In this document: positions 1 to 8,885 of the stretch, piece after piece | How the letters are laid out: every line of letters begins with the position of its first letter | Numbering within the stretch: position 1 is the stretch's first letter | From: Patescibacteria group bacterium | GTDB lineage: Bacteria > Patescibacteriota > Microgenomatia > UM-FILTER-40-11 | Direction of reading: 5' to 3' | DNA: 64,000 bases | Assembly (NCBI GenBank): GCA_035530075.1 | Contig: DATKVM010000009.1 | Location: 1,718 to 65,717, forward strand | The notes under the pieces: generated by a model | Told to the model about the DNA's origin: nothing | Seen by the model: only the letters and a program-made list of their open reading frames with translations | Database searches by the model: none | Translations under genes and position numbers: made by a program

Positions 1-448
1 CCTGCTCCTCCACAAGCCCACTCAATGTTACCCACCCTCGAATCCTCACATCTATCCGCCGCAGAACATTCTTTATATGTGTAATACCACTTACCAGGAC
101 ACAAACCGGTCTCTGGATCTCTATCCGGTCGGTTGCACCGACCGTTAAATTGATAAAGCCAGCCGCCGGAAGCGTTGTGGCAAATTTCCGCATCTGAAGA
201 ACCGCACTCGCTGCCGATTGTCCGACAGTGGCAGTCCTCGCTAACATCACAAGTAGGCATATTGTCATAATCAACGCAGCCACAAGAGGCTTCGCAGTTA
301 CGCCCTTGATTATAGACATAACAACACCGGTAGGCGTCTACGCTCGGGCAAAACCAATTAGTCGCCAAAGACGGACTGGGTTTCCCAAGGCTAACTAGTC
401 CCACAATAACTATGAAGACCGCCAAAATAATCAGCTTTTGCTTCATGG
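1..448 (-). CDS. Secreted cysteine-rich protein, partial (start codon at 446-448, C-terminus beyond window start)
   Basis: Manual reverse-complement translation gives MKQKLIILAVFIVIVGLVSLG..., a signal peptide followed by many Cys (CCYVYNQGRNCEASCGCVDYD...). The frame stays open to position 1. It is missing from the ORF track because no stop codon lies inside the window. Confidence 0.5.
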
Positions 449-940
449 CGTCAAATCTGCCTTAACAAAACTATAATTGTTCAAAAAACTAATCGCTCCG
501 GGTAAAACCTCTGCCACCACTTCCCCTTTTTCGACTTTCTGTTCGTTCGCAATAGAGCCTTTTAGCAATTTCACCTTATCAGCATAAATTTCGATCCAGT
601 CCTGATTTTTACTCTTAAAAATCAACGCGCCCAATATTCCCAGGTGCTGCCCTTGATAATCAATGTTCACCTTTGGCGAGTAAAGAAAGGTGCCGGCAAA
701 AGGCGCTCTGATTTTAACCGGATTTTCTATCACATAACCCTTAGCCCCCACCTTTTCCCAGTTATACCGATTAAACTCTTGACCAGAGAAACAAATTGAT
801 TTATCAACAAAAGGACAGCTGTCAACCATGGGGAAGTAAATAAAATTAATAAGTAAGAGACAGACGATTAGGAATATTAGCGTAGAGAGCAGAAGATAAA
901 CTCTTTTTCCGGAAAAGATATTATTGGGCATTAATATCAA
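443..940 (-). CDS. Hypothetical membrane-anchored protein (N-terminal TM helix)
   Basis: 165-aa ORF with a hydrophobic N-terminal segment (LLLSTLIFLIVCLLLINFIYF). No recognisable catalytic motif. Confidence 0.45.
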   Translation of the reverse strand: MILMPNNIFSGKRVYLLLSTLIFLIVCLLLINFIYFPMVDSCPFVDKSICFSGQEFNRYNWEKVGAKGYVIENPVKIRAPFAGTFLYSPKVNIDYQGQHLGILGALIFKSKNQDWIEIYADKVKLLKGSIANEQKVEKGEVVAEVLPGAISFLNNYSFVKADLTP

Positions 941-986
941 TATAGGGAAACAACCAGGATTTTGTCAAGTTGATCAGAAGGAGAAA

Positions 987-3332
987 TTATTCGCCGGATT
1001 TAACCGGAACTCTCAAGCGGCCATGTTCATCCTGAGCAAAGTAATCCATCGTCATATTGTTATATTCGTCATCAACTTCATAAGCCGCAAACGAAACAAA
1101 ACCACTTTTAACGCTTACTAATGGCCTCCCTAAAGTCGCCAGGCTCCACTCGCCAACCAGATCCTCTTCATCGGTAAATTCTCTTGGCTTCCCATTATCG
1201 CCCCAAGCAGTGAAATGAGGTGGTTTGTTGGGATCTTTAGCTACCTCATCAAAGTATATCATTATTCCTGAAGGAACGACTGGACCTTTCTTGTTATACG
1301 GCCAATAAAGAGTGGCTGGATATTGCCTGAAGTGTATTTTCAATGACACCGGAAAACCGTCTTCTGTACGCCAAACCTCAAAATAATCGACATCTTCCAT
1401 ATGGAAAGGCAGGCATTTAACTGCTCCTGAGGCGGCTATCTCTCCCCAGGTTGAGCGATTTAAAAGTTCGGGATGCAAACTTGGGCTAATTCTTCCTTCA
1501 GTATAGTTAAAAAATTTATATTCTCCCTGCGCATTTTGTCTAACACTGACAACCCGCTCCCCTGTAACAGTGCTGAAATATTCCCAAACATTCTGCTCCT
1601 GATTAAATTTTGCTTCCGTATTGGAAACCTCCACTACCCAAGCTGGGCGTTCCGCCTCCACCTTTTTCCAAACCCAATCTTCAATTGCCCCATCATATTC
1701 AACCTTTAAAATTGCCTTTTCGCTCAAAACTCCATCGGGTCCGGGTGCGAAATAACCTCTAATGCCTTTGTCATGAGAATACTGTGAACCTTCTGGTAAA
1801 AGCTTCATTTGCTCTTCCGACGGATGAGGCACGACTGGAACTTCTGCCGTGCTAATGTATTCCAAACCAGCTTTTTTTACCACCTCCAGATATGCCTCCT
1901 GGCTGTAAGTATTAATAAACCATTCGTATATTACCTTCTGCCCATCTTCAGTAGTGCCAGGAAAAGCAATCATACCGTCTTGATAGGTAATCGCCGGATT
2001 AATCATCTGTAAGAGACGAGGAAGGTCTTTTTCTTTAATAACGGCAAAAGAAATCCGCGGCACGTCCCGGGAGACCAACTGGCCGCTTTCATCAAGATAA
2101 ACCCAGTCATTAAAGCCAATAATTATTTCACCCTCTCCAAGTCCTTGGTGATAACGGCCAGTGACAATAATTCCCACTCCATTTTTTAAGGTTGCCTGCC
2201 GAGGGACAACTTCAGTGAGAACTTCTTCCCAACCCCTGTCTTTTACTATTTGGCCGCGAAAAAAACGCAAGTGCCTATCTCCCTCCGGCCCCCTAAGTCC
2301 AGGATAACTTCTGGCAAGATCAATAGTTGTAGCTTCAGCTTTCTCTACTCCTGCTGATCCAACAGCACTAACATATGCCTCAAGCGCTTGCACTAAAGTT
2401 AAGGTTTCTCCTTTTCCTATAAAATCTTCTCCCCAATTCAGACGCACCAGCTCCTCCAAAGGTCTTGGTAGAGCAGCTCCCTCTCCCCCCCCCTCAGGGG
2501 TTAAAGTGGGCAATTTTTCGCCTCCAATACTCAGACCTTCTATAATATCGGCGTTGATTATCGTAACAGTGCTTTGATTTTGGAGTGTAACCCTTTCTAC
2601 TCGCGGCGCTTCCCGGGTCGCTGGTGGTTCATAAACAATCGGCTGAATCTCTGAAGTTGGCCCTGGCTCTGGACGGGGAGTAGGCGTCGGCCTACAGCCG
2701 GCTAAGGAAGCCGCCACCGTGACTACTGCCAGAACCCCCCTCAACCCTTTTAGCTCTTTTTTGGCGCCAGAAGCACTTAAAAGACCGGCCCCCAAAGCCA
2801 TATTTAAGGCAGCCCCATTTTTCCTCTCGTCCACAGGAGGAATGTCAGAGCCCCGAGAAGGGGCTCTGGGAACCTCAAGATTAGGCAGTCTCGAACGCAA
2901 GTCTATCTCCCCCATCAGTCTCTCCGTATCTTCCATAGCTTTTCTTGCTCTCACCAGCCCATTTCCCTTTAAAGAGGCAGCCACGCCCTGATTATTTTTT
3001 TCAGCCTGCAAGCGTCTTTTCTCACTCTGGGTCAGAAAAAACTGCCAATTATTGTTCCATGCCGCCTCAAACTGAGGCAACAGCCTGGTTGCCCTTTCCT
3101 GTCTTCCCCGGTCTAGCCTGTCACCCTCCCAACGAGCTTCAACCACTACCGGGCTCCCCCCACCTTCGCGGTCAATAAAAACTTGGGCTCTCTCACTCCC
3201 CGGATCGCTCGCAATTTGTCCTAAGACTCCGACCGTCGCCCCTCCTAAAACTTCGTGAGCAGTTCTAGTCGTCCGGGCCTCTCGCAGTTCTCTTGGAGGC
3301 TTAAACTCTTCGATGTTTCTTTCGGCGTTCAT
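987..3332 (-). CDS. Large hypothetical protein with an internal signal-anchor/lipobox-like segment (LAVVTVAASLAGC) and a large extracytoplasmic domain
   Basis: 781-aa ORF, noticeably more GC-rich than its surroundings. Topology resembles an N-terminal cytoplasmic region of about 200 aa, one TM helix and an external domain (anti-sigma-like). A terminator-like hairpin sits 11 nt upstream of the ATG. Confidence 0.55.
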   Translation of the reverse strand: MNAERNIEEFKPPRELREARTTRTAHEVLGGATVGVLGQIASDPGSERAQVFIDREGGGSPVVVEARWEGDRLDRGRQERATRLLPQFEAAWNNNWQFFLTQSEKRRLQAEKNNQGVAASLKGNGLVRARKAMEDTERLMGEIDLRSRLPNLEVPRAPSRGSDIPPVDERKNGAALNMALGAGLLSASGAKKELKGLRGVLAVVTVAASLAGCRPTPTPRPEPGPTSEIQPIVYEPPATREAPRVERVTLQNQSTVTIINADIIEGLSIGGEKLPTLTPEGGGEGAALPRPLEELVRLNWGEDFIGKGETLTLVQALEAYVSAVGSAGVEKAEATTIDLARSYPGLRGPEGDRHLRFFRGQIVKDRGWEEVLTEVVPRQATLKNGVGIIVTGRYHQGLGEGEIIIGFNDWVYLDESGQLVSRDVPRISFAVIKEKDLPRLLQMINPAITYQDGMIAFPGTTEDGQKVIYEWFINTYSQEAYLEVVKKAGLEYISTAEVPVVPHPSEEQMKLLPEGSQYSHDKGIRGYFAPGPDGVLSEKAILKVEYDGAIEDWVWKKVEAERPAWVVEVSNTEAKFNQEQNVWEYFSTVTGERVVSVRQNAQGEYKFFNYTEGRISPSLHPELLNRSTWGEIAASGAVKCLPFHMEDVDYFEVWRTEDGFPVSLKIHFRQYPATLYWPYNKKGPVVPSGIMIYFDEVAKDPNKPPHFTAWGDNGKPREFTDEEDLVGEWSLATLGRPLVSVKSGFVSFAAYEVDDEYNNMTMDYFAQDEHGRLRVPVKSGE

Positions 3333-3343
3333 TAGTTATAAAC

Positions 3344-3366
3344 AAAAAACCCCGCCAAGGGCGGGG
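3344..3366 (-). terminator. Intrinsic-terminator-like hairpin (CCCCGCC-AAG-GGCGGGG plus U6 on the minus strand) directly upstream of the 781-aa ORF
   Basis: Perfect 7-bp GC stem followed by TTTTTT on the minus strand. No minus-strand CDS ends here. Confidence 0.45.
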
Positions 3367-3458
3367 CAAATTATTGAGTCGCTCTCACGACCACTATCTC
3401 CAAGCTCTCAACTTCCTTTAAAAGGCAAGTTAGCTTCAAGTTGCTCATTATGTCAAAC

Positions 3459-3487
3459 ATTTTAACATTCGCTATGGGGTATGTCAA
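3459..3487 (-). promoter_or_regulatory. Sigma70-like promoter on the minus strand (TTGACA-17-TAAAAT)
   Basis: Reverse complement of 3459-3487 reads TTGACA, a 17-nt spacer, then TAAAAT. Transcription would start near 3452 and run to the hairpin at 3344-3366. Confidence 0.4.
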
Positions 3488-3668
3488 ATTGGGAGAACCC
3501 CTTACCCCTTTTTGATTGTCTCAACCAAAGCTAAAAAAAGCGTATCATAATATTTTCTCTCCTGTCAAGCAATAACCTCGTGAATCAAATGTTCAGGCTT
3601 ACTCAAAAAACTTGAGAAATAGTCCGTGGAAAATTGTGGTATATTATGTATCATCTTTTTTAAACAAA

Positions 3669-4151
3669 ATGAAGCAAAAAATTATTAATCCCTACAGAAA
3701 CGGATACAACCATTCTTACAAAAACAAAGATTGCCCATTCTGTAATGAAAAAATCCTCAAACGGCAAGCTATTCCCGATTTGGAAAACAACCATTGGCAT
3801 ATTCTAGTCAATTATTATCCCTATCTGGACGGCAATATAATGATTGTCAGTAAAAGGCATTTGTTAAACATTTCTTCTTTGACGGCCGAAGAATGGGGAT
3901 CATTACAAAATATGATTAAACAGACTCAAAAACTTCTCACAAAAATTTTCAAAACTGAATCATTTAATATAGGAATTAACATTGGACCTTATTCTGGGGC
4001 GACGGTAAAACACCTTCATTGGCAGATAATCCCTCGAATGGCCGAGGTAAAAAACGGTGGTGTCATTAACCTTCTTTCTGGATTACAAATTATCAAAATA
4101 TCTCCTCAAGAACTCAAGGAAAGGATTATCAAAGCCAACCGAGAAGAATAA
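3669..4151 (+). CDS. HIT-family (histidine triad) nucleotide hydrolase/transferase
   Basis: Histidine triad HLHWQIIPR (HxHxHxx). The ORF track starts at 3612, but an extended -10 (TGGTATATT, 3640-3652) lies inside that extension, so the likely start is the ATG at 3669 (MKQKII). Confidence 0.65.
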   Translation: MKQKIINPYRNGYNHSYKNKDCPFCNEKILKRQAIPDLENNHWHILVNYYPYLDGNIMIVSKRHLLNISSLTAEEWGSLQNMIKQTQKLLTKIFKTESFNIGINIGPYSGATVKHLHWQIIPRMAEVKNGGVINLLSGLQIIKISPQELKERIIKANREE

Positions 4152-4175
4152 GATCAATCCTTTTCTTTTTTTTAA

Positions 4176-4685
4176 CTATTTCTTCTCACCCAATAACCTA
4201 ACAATATCAACCTTTGAAGCGTCCTTATCAATCACCGGATCCCATAAGTGATCTTTATCCGGTGCTAAGTGGATATGGAAATGGTCCGGCCTTTTATTCC
4301 CCGAAATTGGGTCAAAAAGATCGTCTCGCAACCGCCAAAAAAAGACGTACTTTTTTATTTCCGTGCCATCCGGCCGGCTAAGCTTTGCTTTTCTAAATCT
4401 TTCGATGGCGTACGCATAAAACTCTATTAACTCTCCCATCTCCGTTATCGAAAGTTCACTTAGTTCCTTAACATGTCTTTTGGTTATAAACATTGTGTGA
4501 TATCTCCAATAAGGAGCACAATTTGCTATCCAAAGCCAACCTCTGCCCTCTTTTAGCACAATTTGGTTTTCTCTCCAGTCACAGAAGGCACAATAATCCG
4601 GAGCCATTTCCTTAAGCCACTCCTCATATTCTTCTCGCGTTAACAGTCTTAAAGGTTTTCTCAGTACAGTCATATTCTTAGACAA
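4176..4685 (-). CDS. HIT-like / GalT-like nucleotidyltransferase family protein
   Basis: HFHIHL histidine triad-like motif. Convergent with the HIT gene at 3669-4151. Confidence 0.55.
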   Translation of the reverse strand: MSKNMTVLRKPLRLLTREEYEEWLKEMAPDYCAFCDWRENQIVLKEGRGWLWIANCAPYWRYHTMFITKRHVKELSELSITEMGELIEFYAYAIERFRKAKLSRPDGTEIKKYVFFWRLRDDLFDPISGNKRPDHFHIHLAPDKDHLWDPVIDKDASKVDIVRLLGEKK

Positions 4686-5295
4686 AATTGTTAATTGACT
4701 TGATTGTGGCAGAATTGCTCTCTAAGTTCAAATCAAGGACTGCTCCCCCTCCGTTAGCAATCTCTATTTTCAAAAGTAAATCAAAAAATATTTCTGGTTT
4801 ATAATTATCACTCATCAACAGATATCCAATTAAGTGGCGAAAGAAAACACCATGACCAACAATAGCAATTGTTTGCTTGTCTTTAAGAGTCGAAAGGAAA
4901 GCAGTCAATTTTTTCACTCGAGAGACGATTCCATTGAAAGACTCGCAACCATCGTATTTCCAATCTGGAAAATACTTATCCTCTTTATGCTCAACCTCCC
5001 AAAAGTGTTTTCCAATTTCCTTTTCCACGCCGTTCAAGCATTCTGGACGAATGTATTCGTGAAGGTAGTCCAAAACCCGAATATCCTGTCCAGGAAATAA
5101 TTCTTTTGCTGTTTGTAAAGCTCTGGGGAAAGGCGAGGAAAAAACACGGTCAAAGCTAATCCCCTTCAAGTTCTCCTTGACTATCTTAAGCTGGTCAATA
5201 GCCACTTCACTCAGGGGACTATCTGTCCTTTGCGTTATGCCGTTCTTGGCATCTTGAGATTCGCCGTGCCTGATAAGATAAAGTTTCATTATCAA
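4678..5295 (-). CDS. Histidine phosphatase family protein (phosphoglycerate mutase-like)
   Basis: N-terminal LIRHGES catalytic motif (RHG). Likely start at MKLYLIRHGES. Confidence 0.75.
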   Translation of the reverse strand: MIMKLYLIRHGESQDAKNGITQRTDSPLSEVAIDQLKIVKENLKGISFDRVFSSPFPRALQTAKELFPGQDIRVLDYLHEYIRPECLNGVEKEIGKHFWEVEHKEDKYFPDWKYDGCESFNGIVSRVKKLTAFLSTLKDKQTIAIVGHGVFFRHLIGYLLMSDNYKPEIFFDLLLKIEIANGGGAVLDLNLESNSATIKSINNFV

Positions 5296-6113
5296 GTAGT
5301 AGCTAATGCCCTAATAACTGTTAGGGTAAATTCTGGAGGTTGACTATAAAATAAAGACATGTGAGGAAAACTTTCTCTCGCTTGGCTGATAATGTAATTC
5401 TCCAAGGTGGAAGGAATTCTTCCTTTTATTCCCTCCATTGTTAACCCCAAAAGATAATTGTAATAATCAGAATACTCCAGCTTAGCTAAGGCCAACAATT
5501 TAGTAATTTGTCCCCTTGTGTCACCATAGTTGAAGGTCATCAACTCTCTACTCCTCTTAAATACTACCTCAAAATACGGAGAAACTAAACCATCTTCGCC
5601 CCTAAGCAAAGGAGGAAAAAAGTCCACGTAATACGCTTGATTATCTTTAACTGAAAAAATAAAATTTGCAGGCTTCGCGTCTATTAACACTCTTGAACAA
5701 GGGCTGCCGGCATAGTCCTGAATATCAATGATAGTTTCAATAATTGTATTCCAAGCCCAAGCTCTTTTCTCAGGAGAACTTGTGGGAGATTTAATTATTT
5801 CATCTAGATTATCACCCTCAATCCAACAATCGATGTTTTCTAGAAAATAAGGTTCGCCTCCAGTAACGCGTGAGGATAAGTTTTCAGGAATTATTAAGCC
5901 AGCCTTAGATAATCCTTGCCTATAAACTAATTGGGCATCGAGTAAAGTCTGAAGTTCATCCAAAGATAAACCAAAGCCACATCTTTTTCTTATAGCTAGT
6001 TTCCCCTGATGCTCGCCCAAATCAACTTTAGATTGAATGCCTGACGAAGAAAGCGAACGAAGCAAAATAAAAGTTACAGGCGAAAAGCCCGAATTTCTCT
6101 CATTGTCTCTCAT
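5292..6113 (-). CDS. Protein kinase-like / phosphotransferase-fold protein (hypothetical)
   Basis: VLIDAKPANFIF resembles the HRDLKPxN catalytic loop, and YVDFF resembles a DFG-like motif. Overlaps the upstream gene by 4 bp. Confidence 0.4.
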   Translation of the reverse strand: MRDNERNSGFSPVTFILLRSLSSSGIQSKVDLGEHQGKLAIRKRCGFGLSLDELQTLLDAQLVYRQGLSKAGLIIPENLSSRVTGGEPYFLENIDCWIEGDNLDEIIKSPTSSPEKRAWAWNTIIETIIDIQDYAGSPCSRVLIDAKPANFIFSVKDNQAYYVDFFPPLLRGEDGLVSPYFEVVFKRSRELMTFNYGDTRGQITKLLALAKLEYSDYYNYLLGLTMEGIKGRIPSTLENYIISQARESFPHMSLFYSQPPEFTLTVIRALATT

Positions 6114-6383
6114 TTTTACTTGAGATTAGCAAGCATATCTGGTAGCAAACAATTGCATTTTACTGTAAGAATTACTATAAGTCAATAGATTTGCGTTTTG
6201 TCTTTTGGCATAGATTCCGATTATTCTGATTACTATATTCTTTTACAAAATCTGTAAGCACAAATTAAAACCGACCTACCTTCTTAAGACAAAAAGGACA
6301 AAAACATTCTTGTCAGCGCTTTACTTGTGGGCGATCTCGGATGAGGAAGCAAAACTAAAGTTAAATGAAATTTGGAATAATCT

Positions 6384-6641
6384 TTAAATTCTTCCGCAAC
6401 AAGAGGGTGTCGTTTTTTGGCCGCACAACCGATATAAAAAAATCTCAATACTTATATCTGCATGTTCATACGGAAGAAAACCTCCCTCTAGCGTTCTCGT
6501 TCTCCTAACAGCATGAATTAAATTAAATTCAGCTTCAGATTCAAATAAATGGATTAAATCGACTTTAATAACAGGCGAAGCGGAATGAATTACATCCTGC
6601 GATTCAACGGTCATAATAACCTCTTCATTGCATCCTGCCAA
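6384..6641 (-). CDS. Small hypothetical ORF overlapping the 3' end of the HAD-like gene (possible frameshift remnant)
   Basis: 85-aa ORF in a different frame, overlapping 6611-6641. No motifs. Confidence 0.2.
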   Translation of the reverse strand: MAGCNEEVIMTVESQDVIHSASPVIKVDLIHLFESEAEFNLIHAVRRTRTLEGGFLPYEHADISIEIFLYRLCGQKTTPSCCGRI

Positions 6642-7120
6642 TTTATGAACCTCATCGCGCGGTCATCAATATAGACGACAGCTCTAGGCTTAATAGCAGT
6701 AATTTCATGATAGTGGACACCCTTTCTAAAGCCAAAAGAGCTAAGCCACCTGGTTACCTTATTGACTTCGAGGTTAACATCGTCATTTAGTTCGGGGTTT
6801 AGTCGTGTCGTAAAAATTACTACCGTAAAACCTTTTTTAACCAACAAGGAAAGACACTCTTTTGCGCCTTCGACAGGGGGATCGTAAATTGAGCCATCTT
6901 TCCATCCTTGGCTGTACTTGTGAATTACACCATCAAAGTCGACCGCTATAGCGTTACTTGTGCTTTTATTTAGCTTCTCCATTAACTCTCTATGTTTATA
7001 GAAAATTTCCATTATTATAGCATATCTTACAAATACAGTTTGTGGCTCGATAGAGATTTCTCCCAAGGACTTGTAGTAATATTTTCTCTTCTGCCAAGCA
7101 AAAGGAAGGTATTCCCCCAA
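6611..7120 (-). CDS. HAD-superfamily phosphatase (5'-nucleotidase / PNK-phosphatase-like)
   Basis: IAVDFDGVI matches HAD motif I (DxDG). Small single-domain size. The true start is probably an internal Met. Confidence 0.55.
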   Translation of the reverse strand: MGEYLPFAWQKRKYYYKSLGEISIEPQTVFVRYAIIMEIFYKHRELMEKLNKSTSNAIAVDFDGVIHKYSQGWKDGSIYDPPVEGAKECLSLLVKKGFTVVIFTTRLNPELNDDVNLEVNKVTRWLSSFGFRKGVHYHEITAIKPRAVVYIDDRAMRFINWQDAMKRLL

Positions 7121-7290
7121 AGACCATCATGTTCGAAAACTTTTTAACAATAAAAACGGTTTTTCTTTAAAACCTTCGGGGTTTCTTCGGCTGGCTTGGG
7201 GAGAGGAGCTTTAGGATAAATAATTTATCCAAGAAGCACTTTTTACGGCTATTATGAGGAGATTTCAAACCCTACTTATTTTAGTTTTAG

Positions 7291-7363
7291 TGGACCGTGC
7301 CGGATTCGAACCGGCGGTCTCCGCAATGCGAATGCGGCGCATTACCAACTGTGCTAACGGCCC
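7291..7363 (-). tRNA. tRNA-Ala (anticodon CGC)
   Basis: Reverse complement folds as a cloverleaf: GGGCCGU acceptor with a G3:U70 pair, anticodon loop UUCGCAU, T-arm GGTTCGAATCC. No CCA is encoded. Confidence 0.85.
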
Positions 7364-7429
7364 CCTTAATACTTAGTCCCAAATGAATTATACCAAAATG
7401 AAGGCTATTTATCTCTAAAGAAGCTTAAA

Positions 7430-7723
7430 TTAGGCTAAGGCGGCCAGCTCGGTTTGATGAATTTTTTCAAGTTTTTTGACAACAGCAAATTCTTTCTTGG
7501 TCGGCATATCAGCTTTCAAATCACGGATATCATTTTTAACATATGTCATTTCCGTCGCTAATTTCTCAAGATGATTCTCCACTTTACCCAATCGGCTCTC
7601 TACCCCATCAAATCTTTTATCTACCCCATCAAATCTTTTGTCCATATGAGGAACAATGATGTTTTCAAAAAAATCTATTAACTCTTTTGTTATTTTTGGC
7701 CTGTTTTGGTTTTTCGCCTTCAT
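7430..7723 (-). CDS. Hypothetical coiled-coil protein with an internal tandem DKRFDGV repeat
   Basis: 97-aa ORF. The DNA has a tandem duplication (ATCAAATCTTTTRTC twice) at about 7600-7640. Confidence 0.4.
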   Translation of the reverse strand: MKAKNQNRPKITKELIDFFENIIVPHMDKRFDGVDKRFDGVESRLGKVENHLEKLATEMTYVKNDIRDLKADMPTKKEFAVVKKLEKIHQTELAALA

Positions 7724-7763
7724 CTGCCGATGGTAAATTTATTTAACTTCTTTGTCAATCTCT

Positions 7764-8885
7764 TTAGAAGACCAATGCCGCCCCAAGGGATATAAGTAAG
7801 AAGCCGGCCAAGATGCCAGCCAAGGTGGGGATTTTCAAACCGGCGACCGGCAAAGTCGTTTCGGTTGGCGTCGCTTCCGCCAATTCAGTCGGTGTCGTTG
7901 TCGCTCCTTCACCGGTTACTTTAATAGTTACCTCGCACTCCGGCCGGGTCTTCCAGTGGTCACCATCATCAAGAATCTCCAGTACGGCCTTGTAAGTTCC
8001 CACTTTACTATAAGAATGGCTGATGCTTTCAGTGTGGTCGCTGGTAAAGGAGCCAAAGACTTCCTTCTTCTCCCCGTCACCAAAGGTAAAGCGGAAACCC
8101 TTAACCCGCACCGGATCAAAACCCTTGCCTTCAAATCCCACGGTTAGGGTGGGCTGACCACTCGTTTTGTCCGCATGAAGGTATTCACACATTGAACCAG
8201 GCGCACCAGTTGGAGTTGCAGTTGGCGTTGGCGTTCCCGTAGTCACGGTAGCTACCGTAAGAGTAACCGAGCAAGTTGATTCTGGATCACCCTCAGCCTG
8301 AACTTTGGCTGTGTTGGTAATTGATTCATCGGCATCGTTTCTCACTGCTACCCTTATCGCTATATCTGCTACAGAAGCCAGAGTGCAAGTAACTGTCCTT
8401 GTCGCTGAGGCATAAACACAACCAACGCCAGCATCAACGAAATCCAATGAATCAGATAAAACATCAGCAATAACCGTTTCTTTAGCTGTTCCCAAAGGCA
8501 GGCTTTTTATATTAAAGACTACTTTTTCTCCTTTGCTAACTGTCTCTCCCTCTTCAATTCTATCCTCCAAGTAGTATTCTCCGGCAGTATTGCGACTGTC
8601 GTCTCGATAAGCGATTTTGTCGGCGCAGTAAACCCCGGGCGCCGTTTCTCCCACGGACAAACTCTTTTGGCAAATAGTGGCCGGGGTTAAGCCCTCGGGG
8701 GGGCCAACATCCACCGCTTCAGGCTTTGATTCCGGCACAGAGGGCGCTACCGGCCGGGTCCCCATTTCTTTCAGCCTTAAGGCAGTCAATACCGAAAGCG
8801 CTGCCAAAATAACGGTGAGAAGAATAATCCCGACAATGGTTAAACTTTTTTTCATTTTACTTCCAAACACCCCCAACTTTAACAA
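7764..8885 (-). CDS. Cell-surface protein with N-terminal signal/TM, Thr/Pro linkers and a C-terminal hydrophobic anchor
   Basis: TPTPTATPTGAPG linker. C-terminus TETTLPVAGLKIPTLAGILAGFLLISLGAALVF is similar to the C-terminus of the gene at 11137-11784. Confidence 0.55.
   Translation of the reverse strand: MLKLGVFGSKMKKSLTIVGIILLTVILAALSVLTALRLKEMGTRPVAPSVPESKPEAVDVGPPEGLTPATICQKSLSVGETAPGVYCADKIAYRDDSRNTAGEYYLEDRIEEGETVSKGEKVVFNIKSLPLGTAKETVIADVLSDSLDFVDAGVGCVYASATRTVTCTLASVADIAIRVAVRNDADESITNTAKVQAEGDPESTCSVTLTVATVTTGTPTPTATPTGAPGSMCEYLHADKTSGQPTLTVGFEGKGFDPVRVKGFRFTFGDGEKKEVFGSFTSDHTESISHSYSKVGTYKAVLEILDDGDHWKTRPECEVTIKVTGEGATTTPTELAEATPTETTLPVAGLKIPTLAGILAGFLLISLGAALVF

Noticed and set aside
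2719-3178. Plus-strand ORFs (90 aa and 77 aa) antisense to the 781-aa gene, and similar antisense ORFs inside radA, rpsA, rho, gdh, ligase and others
   Set aside because: Fully nested antisense to longer ORFs that have clear protein motifs. Typical shadow ORFs.
3612-3668. N-terminal extension of the HIT gene in the ORF track (MRNSPWKIVVYYVSSFLNK)
   Set aside because: The extension contains the gene's own extended -10 promoter element (TGGTATATT). Translation more plausibly begins at the ATG at 3669.
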